This document shows positions 51,431 to 64,000 of a stretch of 64,000 bases of DNA, piece by piece. Made by a program: the position numbers and the translations under genes. Where the stretch lies: assembly GCA_002633005.1 (NCBI GenBank), contig NMRA01000151.1, positions 305,613 through 369,612 on the forward strand, in the 5' to 3' direction. Each line of letters opens with the position of its first letter. Within the stretch, counting starts at the first letter, position 1. The notes beneath the pieces were generated by a model that had not been told where the DNA came from, made no database searches, and saw nothing but the letters and a program-made list of their open reading frames with translations. This DNA is from Phoronis australis. Lineage: Eukaryota; Animalia; Phoronida.

Positions 51431-52463
51431 CTTTTTTACTGAAATAAATGTCGAAAGGGCCATTTTTCAAAGATCAGCATAAAAACGGAAACCAGACTTG
51501 GATCAGAAAATAAAAGGTGACTAAGTCTATATTTAGAGAAGTCCAAGAACTCATGAGGTTTCACAAAATTCTGTAGAACCAACCATTGGTGCTCCTAAAA
51601 ATTCCTACTTAAACTGTTCACTTAGACTATTGTCGGTACTAATACAGTTCGAGGTAACTTGCTGCTTTCAAATGCTTTACGATAACCCAACCAAATATAT
51701 TTCTCATTGCGAAGGGGCTACCTGGAGTGTTGTCTCGTCAGACTTCTAATGGTTCTAACGCTTAACATTTATCATTTCCAATCAGAAGCCCTACATTGAG
51801 TGGTTGGCCAGGAACAGCTGGTAGGGCTGTGCAACTTCCGTCGTAACAGTCTTTTGTCTACTGTCCGCGGCCCCACGCCTATGTCGGTTGCCACGGTGTA
51901 ATCATGGCGCCTACAAATATTTGGGAGAAAACGTGCCCCCCCGCTTCCTACGGCCCTGCCAAGAGTATAACCATTATTAACTAGAAGATCGGAACTTGTA
52001 TAGGGAGTATGAGCGAGTATATATCAAGCTATCCCGCAAAAAGTGCAGTCGTGTCTTCAAACGAGTTAACATATGTATATGTATCTGTATATCGCTTTTT
52101 CCCCCTATGTCTTTGCTGACAATGACGGTGTTAGCGAGTGAATGGCGATGAAATTACCTCTTCTGGTGATATTGATACCATTGTCACGATGTGCGTGATT
52201 TCATATTTTTACTGGACTAACATTTTTTATGAGTTTCTTGGAGGTGCATGAATGTTGACACTTAGGCTGTCTGTTTGCAATTAATTGTCTAACAATAAGC
52301 CCATCTAGTCACCCACTGATGCACATTTTTGTGTGTTTGTCAAAGTGCCTTGCTATCTGTCCGACTATCCTTCCATTTGCTTAGGTATCTATGTAAAATT
52401 TTGGTCATCATTCCATGTGTTGAGTTGATTATCAGTAACTCCCACGATTTTGTCATACTTCAG

Positions 52464-52778
52464 ATGGTCCAGCTGTCATTCAACTGCTAGACGATAAAAG
52501 TAAAGCCGTGAGTGAGGACAATTTTCAGACGTTTGCAGGTAGAACATACGTAATCAGATGTATAAGTGACCAGGAACACTGCTCAAGGAATCTGAAATGG
52601 TCTAGAGTTTCAGGGTCGCTTTCCAATACAACCAAAGTTGGAAAAATTTGCACAAAAAAATTGTACATACAGACTAATACAAGTTTTGACGGACACAACA
52701 TTACGTGTTTTATGAATCTCAGCGATTATGGGAACTACATAAGAACATATAAGAAGTTTACAACATTGCATGTACTTG
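52464..52778 (+). CDS. Ig-like domain exon D
   Basis: Acceptor tacttcag, donor gtaagt; 315 bp, phase 1-1; (Y)GP...YVIRC...LKWS...FDGHNITC. Confidence 0.85.
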
Positions 52779-52931
52779 GTAAGTACTGACATTATTTCGC
52801 TTTGTTTTCTTCCTGTTGGCAACAAAAAGCTCTAATTTACGGTCTACTAGATTTGACGAGATACGAATACCAGTTATGTTAAATGCATTAAAGGTTGGAA
52901 CGCAGACTCTTCTTTTGAAGTAGTTATTGCA

Positions 52932-53718
52932 AGATTGTTCTAAAACCCCCGCGACCCACGACCTGTTCGACCCTTGACCTCCTCGACCCACTACCTACAC
53001 CCCCTCGACCCAGTCTACACAAGCTCGACTCGATCTGACTGGCAAGACCAATGACTTGGTCCGTGAGTGCGGCTGGCTTTTCACTGTTTTTTGCAAATAA
53101 GAGAGTCGATTCGACAAGTTTGAAAGCCAAAACCAGAAAATAAAAAGAACGCGACCAAATCAAATCAAAGATTTACCAACGTTACAAGTGTTCTTGGCAG
53201 AGTGTAATCATCTTGTCTGCTCTTCAGTGAATGGCAAATTCAACCTTTTTGCGGAGAGTGCGAGGAACCTACAAAACTCTAATTTCATCAGTAAACACAG
53301 TTTGCAAAAAGCAAACTGTTTACTAAAATTATTTCAACGTTGTATGGAGTATATTGTAAACGAGTATACAACAGAAAGCAAATAGCAAAATGTGAAATTA
53401 TGTATATTCACGTTAACGTACTCTAGTAGAACTGGGCCACTGGTAGCCGCTCATGGAGCTATTTCCGTGACAACGATAGCGCGCTCACAATGGGCAATTT
53501 AAGACCACTGGCGTTCTCACGCCGCTTTCTGTTTTTAATCACCAAACTTGAGCCAGAGCAGACTCGTGTGTAGTTATGTCTTATGGGAAAGTTACTCAGT
53601 AACGTAATAAGATTATGAAATATCTAAAAAGCGGAAATGTACCTCTATTTCCTCAGGTCGTGGATCGAGGGGGTCGTGGGTGGAGGGAGTTGTGGGTCGA
53701 GGGTTTTTAGAACAATTC
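52932..53718. mobile_element. Mutator-like MITE with 9-bp TSD
   Basis: TIR attgttctaaaa(a)ccc with subterminal cgacc(c) repeats; exact TSD GTTATTGCA at 52923-52931 and 53719-53727. Confidence 0.85.
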
Positions 53719-53787
53719 GTTATTGCAGCTATTTGACAGTCGGGACATAAAAAGACAATTGAATCAATATTTTCCGAACAATTTCAG

Positions 53788-54105
53788 ATGAGGCAAAAAA
53801 AGCTTACTTTAAAGATACGGATGGCAGCGACATAGACAACAGATTGGTTGTGTTCAATGAAAAGAACAAAACCATAACATGTAAATCTGATTTATCCGCC
53901 TACTACAAGATCGAAATTGACATTCAAGCATCTTTGAACTTCACCTTGGGCAAACTGGATGTCAGGAGCGGAGTCTACTCTAAGAAGTTGACATTTACTG
54001 TGTCGCCATCGATAAACGAGGCTGAAATTACATGCACCTCACAAACCCAGGATATCGTTCAATTTGAAAAAAGTCATAACCAGACGGTGATTTTGGATGT
54101 TATTT
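53788..54105 (+). CDS. Ig-like domain exon E (no C-strand Trp)
   Basis: Acceptor atttcag, donor gtaagt; 318 bp, phase 1-1; KTITC...SKKLTFTVSPSINEAEITC...VILDVI. Confidence 0.8.
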
Positions 54106-55556
54106 GTAAGTATCAATTTCCTCGTCAGCGTCCTTAGCATGTCCAGCAGCACAACACCACTTGTGATATTCCAAGTACTCAAATAGTACAGTAAGGCAGC
54201 GGAGAAAATTGAAATTTTATTCCTCAGACTATTGTACGACACGTGTGTCGCAGAAACTGTGTTTGGCCAAGATCCGCCAATTTATAAAGTACGTCGAGAT
54301 CTTCTTTAATTTGACCATTGAGTTTTACGGAACAAAATTATTTTGGAAATGACAAAAATAGTATGTTGAACGCGGACAAAGTTTGTAATGTTATCAAATT
54401 CTCAATACCAACAGTTTGGTGTCATTCTTGGTATTTTCAAGTTGCCATGCGCTAATGCCAGTGAACTTTCAGGTGGCAGATTTTGCGGGTGGGTGCCTAT
54501 TCTTGCTTGCATTCAGTGTTGTCAGTATAACTTTGAGCTGCGAGTAACGTTTCGGAATTACATGATCCGAGCTATTTTTTGATGTGTGACTAAAAATTTT
54601 TTCTAGTTTAGCTGCCTGGGAAAAGTAGGGCAAGGAAATATTAAAAGATGGACGTTACCGTGGTAACGTTTATAGTGTCGTGCCACACTCAAAAGCCTAA
54701 ATTTCTCAATAATTACGTCGAAATATACTACTTTCAAAAGTTACGTAATCAATGTTCACACCTCATAATGGTTTATAAGAACGTTGGCGGTAATGCAATA
54801 TTAAGATCAATGAATGGACCACTGCTGGGCGAGGATTATTTCCACTGAAACTTTTTAATCATTAAAACTGCTTGGGTTGCCAATGTCTCGGTAGCCTGTC
54901 ACTAAACAAGTTCAGGCGCAAAAATACACCGAGATATTTGTAAAACAAGGACACTGCAGTATTTTCACCATCAAAGTGCCATTTTTCGTAATTGTGCAAT
55001 GACTGACTTCGTCTGAAAACGAAAAATGTAGTCTTTGACATGTTTTTAAAAACTCAACCCCCAATCACAACAGTACTTATATAGAAAATTTATGTGGCGC
55101 TAGAGTGTTATGGCTGTTTCAACACAGCCAACCATATCATCTGCATAGCTCAAAACAGTCAGGTCAAGATATCTTCACTGATAAATATACCACCGACATT
55201 TTCTTTGGAAACAAATTTATTAAGATACATTACAAATAGAAATGGGCTCAACATATAACCTTGACGTGTTTCAATGACGTTATCAAATAATTCAGTTAGG
55301 CTGCCATCTGTTCTCACGCAAACTTAGTTTACTTTACATACTTTTCAAAATCGTCAGAACATTGCCATGTAATCCATGTATCCTTTACCATGGAAATTTA
55401 TGTGGAATATTATCAAAAGCACGTGAGAAACAAAAAAGAGCATAATATTTCCCCTTCCTTTTTAAAATATATTTCTGCATCATACTTTGTGCATTAAATA
55501 TTTGATCAACGGTGCTATGCTTGAGATTGTTCATGATTTTAGAATATATTTTCCAA

Positions 55557-55799
55557 TTACAGACAACAACATAACACCAGATAGTTTCCTAAGTAATTAA
55601 TTGAACCCTGTTTAAGAGATGAACAGGTTACAGCATCGCACCATACCTGTCGGTAATCACCAGAGGACCATACCTTACTAAACATATCACTTAAAAGTGG
55701 TACAGTGGGCCTTTTAGTTTGTTTAAACAATTCAAAATTAAGGCCATGGATGCCCGCAGCCTGGTCATTTATCACTGGCACTTGTTGTATTCCGTACAC
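55557..55799 (-). mobile_element. Short LINE RT N-terminal fragment
   Basis: AAGIHGLNFELFK...VPLLSDMFSKVWSSGDY...W..AVT...LKQGS....GNY resembles KAxGxDG...W...PxxKxG...xNYR. Confidence 0.55.
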
Positions 55800-56039
55800 T
55801 CAGAACGTTTTACACGGTAAACGCCTGATTCAATGTCACAGGGACTTTGTCAAGATAATCACGCAACGCTTCTGTAACAATGTCACTGACCACTGAGTAA
55901 GAGGGTTGAACAGTGACTTAAAATAACAATACCAAAGGTCTGGATCGATCGAGTTTCAACCAATGTTTTTTCTACGAGGTGTTATTAGCATGCGATAATG
56001 CTTGGGTCTAAGAAAACAAGAACACCTTTGGCCAGTGAC

Positions 56040-59000
56040 AGATCAGTGACTCGAAGCATTTCCTCGTATATGGCTAGGAGACGAGCCCAAAGACTACAGT
56101 TATATCAAACCGTCAACTATTAGAGATAATAAACGACAAGTTCGGAAAACTGTCCAACGACTTTGAGTCTCTCAGACGCTAGTATGCCACATCAAGGGAA
56201 GAGAACTCTATCTTACGTGATCAGGTCAAATCACTGGAAGAAAAGTTAGATGATTTAGATAACCGATCCAGGCGAGACAACCTTATATACCATGGCATTG
56301 TTGAAAATGGTAATGAAACCCGGGAGGAATCGGAAAATCAACTTGAAGAGTTTCTCAAGGAGCAGCTGAACATTGAAGCTATAAACATCGATCGAGCTCA
56401 CATATTGGGCTGTAGAATCCGGGGGAAATTGCAGCCCATCATAGCAAAACTGAATTCGAAAGATAAGCAAAAAATAATGAGAAAACGAAGAGAAGTGAGG
56501 GACCCCGACAAATTCATAACAGAAGACTTCTCAATCCGAGTTAAGAAGGCATGGAAAAAGCTGTACGAATTCTCTCAATAACACAGTATGATGGCAGAGT
56601 GTTTGTGTACGACGAAGAGAACGATATAGTGAAAATTAAACCGCACACGACAAATGCTGACCCACACAACCCATAAACCAGAAAGAAGCTGCTGTTCAAC
56701 ATGAAGAACAGGTTTTCCACATGGCCAGTCCATCTCAAGCAGAGGCGGTCCAGCATTAGAGGTTAGGCCAAGGCCCGCATGACAAGTCGTCACGGAAATT
56801 TATTTGTTGGAATATCGAAGGTCTAAAGCATAAAGTACAGAGAAATGATCTTGTAAATATGATATGTACAAATAATATTATGGCTTTTGTTGAAACATGG
56901 GGAATGAATGAAGACGACTTTACACTGGAAGATTACCAGTGTTTCGGGTCGGTGAGAAATAAACACCCTCGAGGATTTCAGAATTCTGGTGGTGTAGTAT
57001 TATTTGTAAGGATGTATTGGGGGCTTATAGACTCCGTTCAAGTTGGTTTGACATTTTATGGGTAAAATTGACCTACCCAATTATGTGTATCCTGTTTTAG
57101 TTGCAGTTGTGTATCAGTCTCCAAAATGTTCAAGTAAAAGTTTGGAAACAACGAAAATACTTGAGCTGGAGGTGCACGGTTATTCTGCGGAAATGGGGGG
57201 GGGGGCTTGCAACCTTTTAATAATGGGCGATTTCAATGCTCGTACGTGTAACAGGCCAGACTTTATTGAAGATGATAGTATTAAGTATATGGATGAATTC
57301 AGTCCTATTTTTGATAGTGTTGGTTATGTAGAACATAGCCTGTGTTGTAGGACCTCACAAAATTATGGTGAGGCAAATAATTTTGGTGCAGAATTATTAG
57401 AGTTTTGTCAAAGAAATGAGATAAGAATTCTGAATGGAAGAGTAGGGAAAGATGCAGACATTGGTAATGTAATGTGTGTGACTTATAATGGATTTAGTAA
57501 TGTTGACTATGTCATGATGAGCAATGATTTATTGTACTGTGTGAACGGTTTTGAAATCGGTGAAATATGTGAATCGACCGCCCACTCCCCACTAATTTTT
57601 AGTATGTGTAAGACGCAGCAAAACAACTGGGCTCGAGGTGAACAGATTGAAAATGTTTATAAATGGAATGAGGGTTTGAGCCTGCAGCAGAAAACTGGTC
57701 GAGTCCGAATGTGGATCACTTGCTCGCTGACGTACAGAGTCATTTACCCTCGACCATAGATTGTGTGCAGCCGACATGTTGAAACCAAAAGTAAATATCT
57801 TTTATAACCCAGTTAGTTTTCCCAAATGTTTTGACGCTGGTTGTAGTGAAATGAGAACTGTCGTGAGGCAAAAATTAAGTAATTATAGATTCAGTATTGG
57901 AACACTGAGAGAAAGCAATAGCTGAACTATTTATGTACAAGCTAGAACAGATTATGGAAAGTTGAAAAAGCGAAACGATTACAGTGTAACAGAAAACATT
58001 ACAAAAATTTGAAATCAGCTGTGGAAAGTAGACAGCAAAAAATCTGGCGCACATTTAATATTAAGAAGAAAGGTATAACGACGAATATTAAACCATAGGA
58101 ATGGATAAATTATTTCAGCTCTCTGTTTGAAGGCCGTTATTTTGTTACTTATCCAGTGTTCACTGAATTTAATGCGTTTATTGAGAAATTAGCAAAAAAT
58201 GACAATTCAAGTAATGCAATTGTTGATATGGAGCTGGACGTTGAGATCACAAAAGACGAGATTATACAAACCATCGGTGCCTACCCTCTGACGTCACCAC
58301 AGAAACAGAAACAGAAACAGTATGAAAGACGGAACTTCGCCAGGATGTGATAAAATTAGCATTGAGTTCTACAAGTATGCTGATAAAAATTTGGTAGATT
58401 CGCTGTTCCATCTATACAACTGCTTTTTAAAATGGGGTGTTTCGAAAAGAATGGACAAAGTCCACTATAGTACCGATATTTAAGAGCGGTGCCAAAATTC
58501 CTGAAAATTTCAGAGGAATTTCCCTCATACAAGTCACAGTCAAAATATTCGAAAAAATATTGCGCAAGCGACTTCAAAAATGGTGGGAAAGAGAAAACGT
58601 AATTTATATGTCTCAAGCTGCGTTAAGGAAAGGGCACTGAACCGTGAATCATGTTTGCTTTATAAACGTTTATAATTAAATATTTGTCATGAGATAAACG
58701 TGAATTTTATTGCGCTGTCGTGGATTTTAAAGCCGCACTTGACAGTATGTGTGAAGCGCATTATATTTTAAATTAAAGAACAATCGCAAAGAAGTTTAGA
58801 TGGATAAGATAACCAAAGCAATGTACGCTGAAGTTAAAGCGTCCGTGAGATTGAATAATGGGAGCTATACAGATGCTTTTAATGTCAGAATGGTCTAAAA
58901 CAAGGCTCTCAGCTATCACCGTTTTTGTTTATTTTATTTATAAGTGATTTTGAGCAAGAATTAGAATCCGGTGGCGGTGGAAAATTTCCATAGGATCAGC

Positions 59001-60310
59001 TGAATTATTGCATCTGCTGTTTGCTGATGATTTAGTTTTATTTTCCTTTAGTGTTAAAGGACTGCATAAAAATTGAATATTTTATATGAGTAGTGTCAGA
59101 AATGGAAATTTATTGTTAACATGTCGAGGACTAAGATAATTGTCTTCAGAAAGGGTGGAGTGTTAAGATCCTATGAAAAACGGACGCATGATGGGGATAC
59201 TGTTAATATTGTAAATGCATATAAATATTTAGGAGTAATGTTTACTACGAAAGGTTCGTGGTCTTGCGCAAAGGAACTCTATCATTACAGGCTGCTAAGG
59301 CAGTGAATTTAATGAGAAAAAATGTCAATGGTCTTAATGCACTCCCTATTAAAAAGTTAGTTTGAAATTATTCGATTGTAAGATACTGTCGATACTTCAG
59401 TATTTCTGTGAGATCTGGGGTTTTAGTGAGGGAGAATGTATTGAAATAGTCCACTTAAGTCTTGAAATAGTCGACACAAAATTTTTTAGCTCGGGAAATT
59501 CATCGGCTGTTAGATGTGAGATGGGTCGTGTCGCCTTGATTGCATACCGACTTCCTAGAATTATGAAGTATTGGTTAAAACTATTAAAAACCGATGCGTC
59601 AAAAATTTTATATCATTGCTATGAATGGCAGTACAATATGACGGAAAATGTTGATAAACCGTGCTGGATTAATGATGTTAAGAAATGGCTATTTCAGTTT
59701 CAGGGTTTTGGAGAAACATGGTACAATCAGGGTGTAGGTTCCGAGACAAGCTTCATATCACTTTTCAAACACAGATGCAAAGATATTGATCACCAAAAAT
59801 GGCAAGAAATTTTGAGCAATTCGATTAAGTCAGAAACTTACAGAGCTTTTAAGTTAAATATATGTTTTGAAAATTATTTAGATGTAATTGACAATGTTGA
59901 TGTTAGTTCTGATATGGTAAGATTAAGATGTTCAGCGCATACACTAATGGTTGAAAAGGGCAGACACTTGAAACTCAGCAGACCAGAAAGGTTATGCCTT
60001 CTCTGTGTTAGGACATGTGTCCTGTCAGAATATCATTTTGTATCCGAATGTCCGTTCTACAATGACCTAAGGAAACGGTATTTGCCTGCATGGAGCTACA
60101 ACAATCCCAATGTTACAAAATTCAACAGACTCATGACTATGGAGGAAAACGAACTTAGATGGTCAACATGTAAATATGTTCATTTCGCATTCAAGTGAAG
60201 AAGAGCCCGTGTTAATCTTAGTGTTCGACACTTACCTATATTGTATTTGATGATTTGATTGTAAGAAGGGCCGGAGGCCTAGTTACTGTATTGAATAAAA
60301 ATATATAAAG
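56040..60310 (+). mobile_element. Near full-length decayed LINE, RTEX-like (ORF1 plus APE-RT ORF2)
   Basis: ORF1 LDNRSRRDNLIYHGI, IDRAH, FITEDFS; APE ICWNIEGL, MGDFNART, SNVDY; RT PIFKSG...NFRGISL, KQGSQLSP, LLFADDL, YKYLG; tail KLFDCKI...CEIWG and RCSAHTL.VEKGR...C..C...EYHF..ECP; AATAAA near 60294. Confidence 0.85.
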
Positions 60311-60889
60311 TAAACTCCAAATTGGTTGTTTTTGAGTTCAACCTCCTTACAACTCAGACTAGCACGATTATATTTTGTTTTTTATCAAACTTCTGCTCAA
60401 ATGATCCAACAAAATCTATACATGTCACGAATTTTAGATTTTCAGAAATGTGTTTTTTATCAAGTTTATTTCTATAAAGCTGACTGAAAAGGTTTATAAT
60501 AGCTTTTATGGTAAGTGGAATATAGCAAGTTGACTAAACAGGCCTTCACAAAAGTGAACATCTCTGAAAAATCAAACATGTCTGCTTGCAAGTGGAAATA
60601 AAATGACACGGTATTACCACCAAAGTGCATAAGCTAGAGACATACAAAGAATGACAAATGAAGGGGGAAAGTCACGCAAACAAGTGTAACGTGCGGCGCG
60701 ACCCTGTTTACTGCTCATTCAAAACAGGCTTCTCAAATGAAATCATTTTATTTCCACTTGAAAATGAAACGAGTATGTTTCGAAATATCGCGTGTCTTTA
60801 AATCATGTCTCTTGGTCAGTTGCTTCACAAATGTTCTGTTGCGTGTACAAATATATGTGTATATGTAAAAGATATTCAATTCCTTTCAG

Positions 60890-61210
60890 ATGGCCCTTCC
60901 AAAGTTCACATCACACAAGACGACAATGTTCTACTCGAAAACGATGTGATCGTAGTTGAACACGAATCCACGTACACACTGAAATGCATTACTGACAGTG
61001 TCAACAAAGAAGCAGTAATGTCGTGGATTACTGATGTTGAGCATGAGACAACGCCAGGAAATATAGAAGACAGCAGAGAAAAAATATTTGAGAGTCGTAT
61101 ATCGTTTACACCATCGAAGAATGACGACGACCAAACTATTACGTGTTCCGTGCATAATAAAAACAGCACAGCACTAAATGCCTCAGCATCTCTCCGGCTG
61201 TCAGTTGCAA
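60890..61210 (+). CDS. Ig-like domain exon F (CD80/nephrin-like C2-set pattern)
   Basis: Acceptor tcctttcag, donor gtatga; 321 bp, phase 1-1; (Y)GPSKVHI...YTLKC...MSW...SRISFTPSKNDDDQTITCSVHN. Confidence 0.88.
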
Positions 61211-61591
61211 GTATGACGTCTATCCTTAATTTTGCGCAATGACGACGCTTCATATTTTTATTAAAGCTAGTTACTGATTAATTGGGGCGTGTCCCTGTTG
61301 TAAACTCCATGGGTACGTGATCGAGAATTATTCACAAGATCCTTAATGAAGCAACAGTCCAAAGTATATTGTCATTCATAAGTTTTATTACACGACGATG
61401 CAGCTTTGTTTCGTGTGACAACACATGGCCAGATTCCTATAGCTCGTCATTAAAAAATTCATGAGCTGTTTTTAACCGCACAAGTTGACGCCATGGCGAC
61501 ATTCTCAGGAGGCGTCACGAGAGATTCGCGTGCACGACTTGTTGCTCTAGCAGTGCAGATGTGAAGATAGTGTGTCTTTCAATTACTTGAC

Positions 61592-62393
61592 CAGTGGCGG
61601 ATCTAGGATATCACAAGGGGGGGCCCCAACATTTTGTCCGGCTGTAAACATTTGCGCAAACTGAACCACGATTGTAGATGCGCATAGCACCAAATGGGGG
61701 GAGGTCGGGAGGGGGGTTTGCCTCCCTCCCGCCCAGGAAATTTTTCTGTTTTGACCTCTAAAAATCAAGTATTTTCCTTGATTCCTGAAGTATTAACCAA
61801 GAAAAAAAGGCAAAAAAAAAAACACGGAGAACGTGTCAAACAGGAAAAACCAAAGAAGTACCAAAGACTCGAACCCACGACTTTGCGTATAGAGCGCGCG
61901 TGCGTTGCCACAACACCACCACGATTTAGCTACTAATCTCATACTAAGAGACGTACTTGTTTATGGTCCACAGCGTTTGCGCGCGAAACCTACTTCTTTT
62001 TGTAATGCTTATTACACGTTTTGTGCCATCGATTCTTAACAAATTTGTCGTATTTAAAATAGTCTTAAAATGCCCAAAAGACCACATCCGTTATTCGTGT
62101 TGGCAATAATGACCGGGGATTGCTTTGGAAATCGTCTTAACATAAGGTTTGACAAAGAGAGTATTGCGAGTTTCTGAGTGATTCACTAAGGCTTCNNNNN
62201 NNNNNNNNNNCCCCCCTCCCCCCAACACTAAAACTGCACACATTTAAATCTTTTTTCATCCGTATACTTTTAATTACCGGGGTTAATTAATAAACTCAAC
62301 ATTTATTTCCCTACGCTCTTACTGTTTTATTTTTTTGCGGCAGCCAAGGGGGGGGGGGCCGGGCCCCCTGGGCCCCCCCTAAATCCGCCTATG
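61592..62393. mobile_element. MITE with CAGTGGCGGATCT terminus and 5-bp TSD (hAT5-like)
   Basis: cagtggcggatctagg...cctaaatccgcctatg; TSD TTGAC at 61587-61591 and 62394-62398. Confidence 0.8.
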
Positions 62394-62409
62394 TTGACAG
62401 ACCCCTTAA

Positions 62410-62872
62410 AGAGGCCTGGAACGCGATAAACACACTAAATTGAAACATTAGAAGTAGGTCTCTGTCACTGAAACACAATTCAACCTGTTCACCAGGTATT
62501 TTTAAGGTTTGGTCGTAAAGATTTTTAATTTCTTTTCATATCAAAGCATTTTCGTTTAGTTTCAAGTTTCAAAAAAGAACGAACTGACAACTGCTCGCCA
62601 CTCCGTCGATTTTTCTCCCACAAGACAAAGCACGTCTCCTTATTTGGATCGTCTTCACATAGACGTAGCACATTTACCTGATATGGAAAAATGTGTCCTT
62701 TGACCCCAAACGACTTCAAGCTATTGACTTTGAGATGATGCGCGCATTTATCATCAATGTGAGGAAGATTAGAAACTCGGTGGTAACCACTGTTTTCAAT
62801 TCGCGCGTATTTCAAAAATCGTGAATTTTGTGATTTTTTCTTGAAATTTCCGTTTCCGTGTTCCATGCCTCT
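62410..62872. mobile_element. TTAA-flanked Kolobok-like MITE
   Basis: TTAA-agaggcctggaac...gttccatgcctct-TTAA (TTAA at 62406-62409 and 62873-62876). Confidence 0.8.
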
Positions 62873-64000
62873 TTAAACCTTGACTCCGGCATACCAGGAG
62901 CGTCGATGTAATCTAGGAAAATAGTTGAATTTTTCTGACCGTCTTCTTATAGCAACCGTAAAACATACATTACACGGCTTTTCCGTTTCACTCTTTCAAA
63001 AATAAATAACATAAAATGTCGTGGTCATAGCAGCAGCGAGGTTTGCTTTTAATTGAGATCGCAACCCCCCGGTCGACACCAATTTCCTCTCCACCCAGTT
63101 TCGAAGTCGTGCAAATCATGCGCTATAAACGTCACTGCCTGTCGCGTTTGCTTTCAAAAGGCGTCTATCATCATGGGCGCTTTATCGGAGATCCAAGCAT
63201 GGATGCTAGCACATCTGTGCAGAAGCAGAAGTCACACAACGAAAAGTTGCGGTTCGGCCTCATACAAACAAAAATATGTGTGGGCAGAGACTGTTTTAAG
63301 AACTCAAAAAAATCTGCGTATTGAAAATGAAAGCGGGGCGTGTATTGATCGGGACGCAGCTATGCCAAACTCTAAAATCAGCGCATACTTAAACAAAGAC
63401 ATTATATTAGTCGACGTTTCGATTTATTATCACTAAACCATTCTCAAGAAAATGTTCTTCACAATACGTCAGTCATGAAACACAAGAAAACAGTCTGGAC
63501 AGGTACACATCAAAATGCATAGAACGGAGAGAGACCAGAAATCAAAACTGTTGGATCTGAAATGAATTTTTTTTCGATTCAAGTGCGCTCAAGGTGATTC
63601 TACTGTATATGCTCAGTTCATGCTCATATTTTGGCCAAAAACAAGTGTAATCTAACCAAACTCGTTGTTACCACCAGTAAAAACCGAATGTGGAGAAAAC
63701 GTTCACGTCTTGTCATGAAGACTGGTCGTCAGGCCCGCAGACAGCATTCCATGAGGGTGGTTCGAATTTCTAGAACGGTGGACCTTTGACATTTTGAAAA
63801 CGTCGACACAGTTTTTGGAAAGGTCCTTGATGCAGCTTAATTAGGGGGAAGAGAAATCTGTATACAAAACGATGACGTTCAGCTCTTAGTTCCTGAGATG
63901 AGACGGCATTCGTAACACCAGCAACGGGGATGCAGTAATGGTTTCCTGCAAAGAACCTGACTCGGGTGTAATTTTTATGCTTTAACAAGCAAAAATTGGC

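Noticed and set aside
63043-63436. Overlapping 93-aa and 127-aa ORFs as a further Ig exon
   Set aside because: No Ig C-W-C spacing and no phase-1 splice sites.

Overview
Eukaryotic, AT-rich, transposon-dense genomic DNA, probably from an invertebrate animal (GT-AG introns, metazoan TE families). Host coding content: an intronless DnaJ/DNAJC30-like gene (5804-6649, +) and six phase-1 exons (36288-61210, +), each encoding one divergent, N-glycosylated Ig-like domain of a larger gene whose ends were not found. The rest is layered mobile DNA: a Gypsy 3' end; two adjacent fold-back MITEs; a DIRS/Ngaro tyrosine-recombinase remnant; Penelope-like remnants with hammerhead ribozyme motifs; a decayed full-length BEL/Pao element with nested insertions; a second BEL remnant; THAP-only and other TTAA (Kolobok-like) elements; an RNase-H LINE; an RTEX-like LINE; and MULE-like and 5-bp-TSD MITEs. 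The most unusual signal is a decayed HERO/NeSL-type non-LTR retrotransposon whose restriction-like endonuclease is followed immediately, on the same strand and with no intron, by a ubiquitin-specific protease (peptidase C19) domain (about 13590 to 11960, - strand). All calls are by manual motif reading, no database searches were run, and boundaries of decayed elements are approximate.
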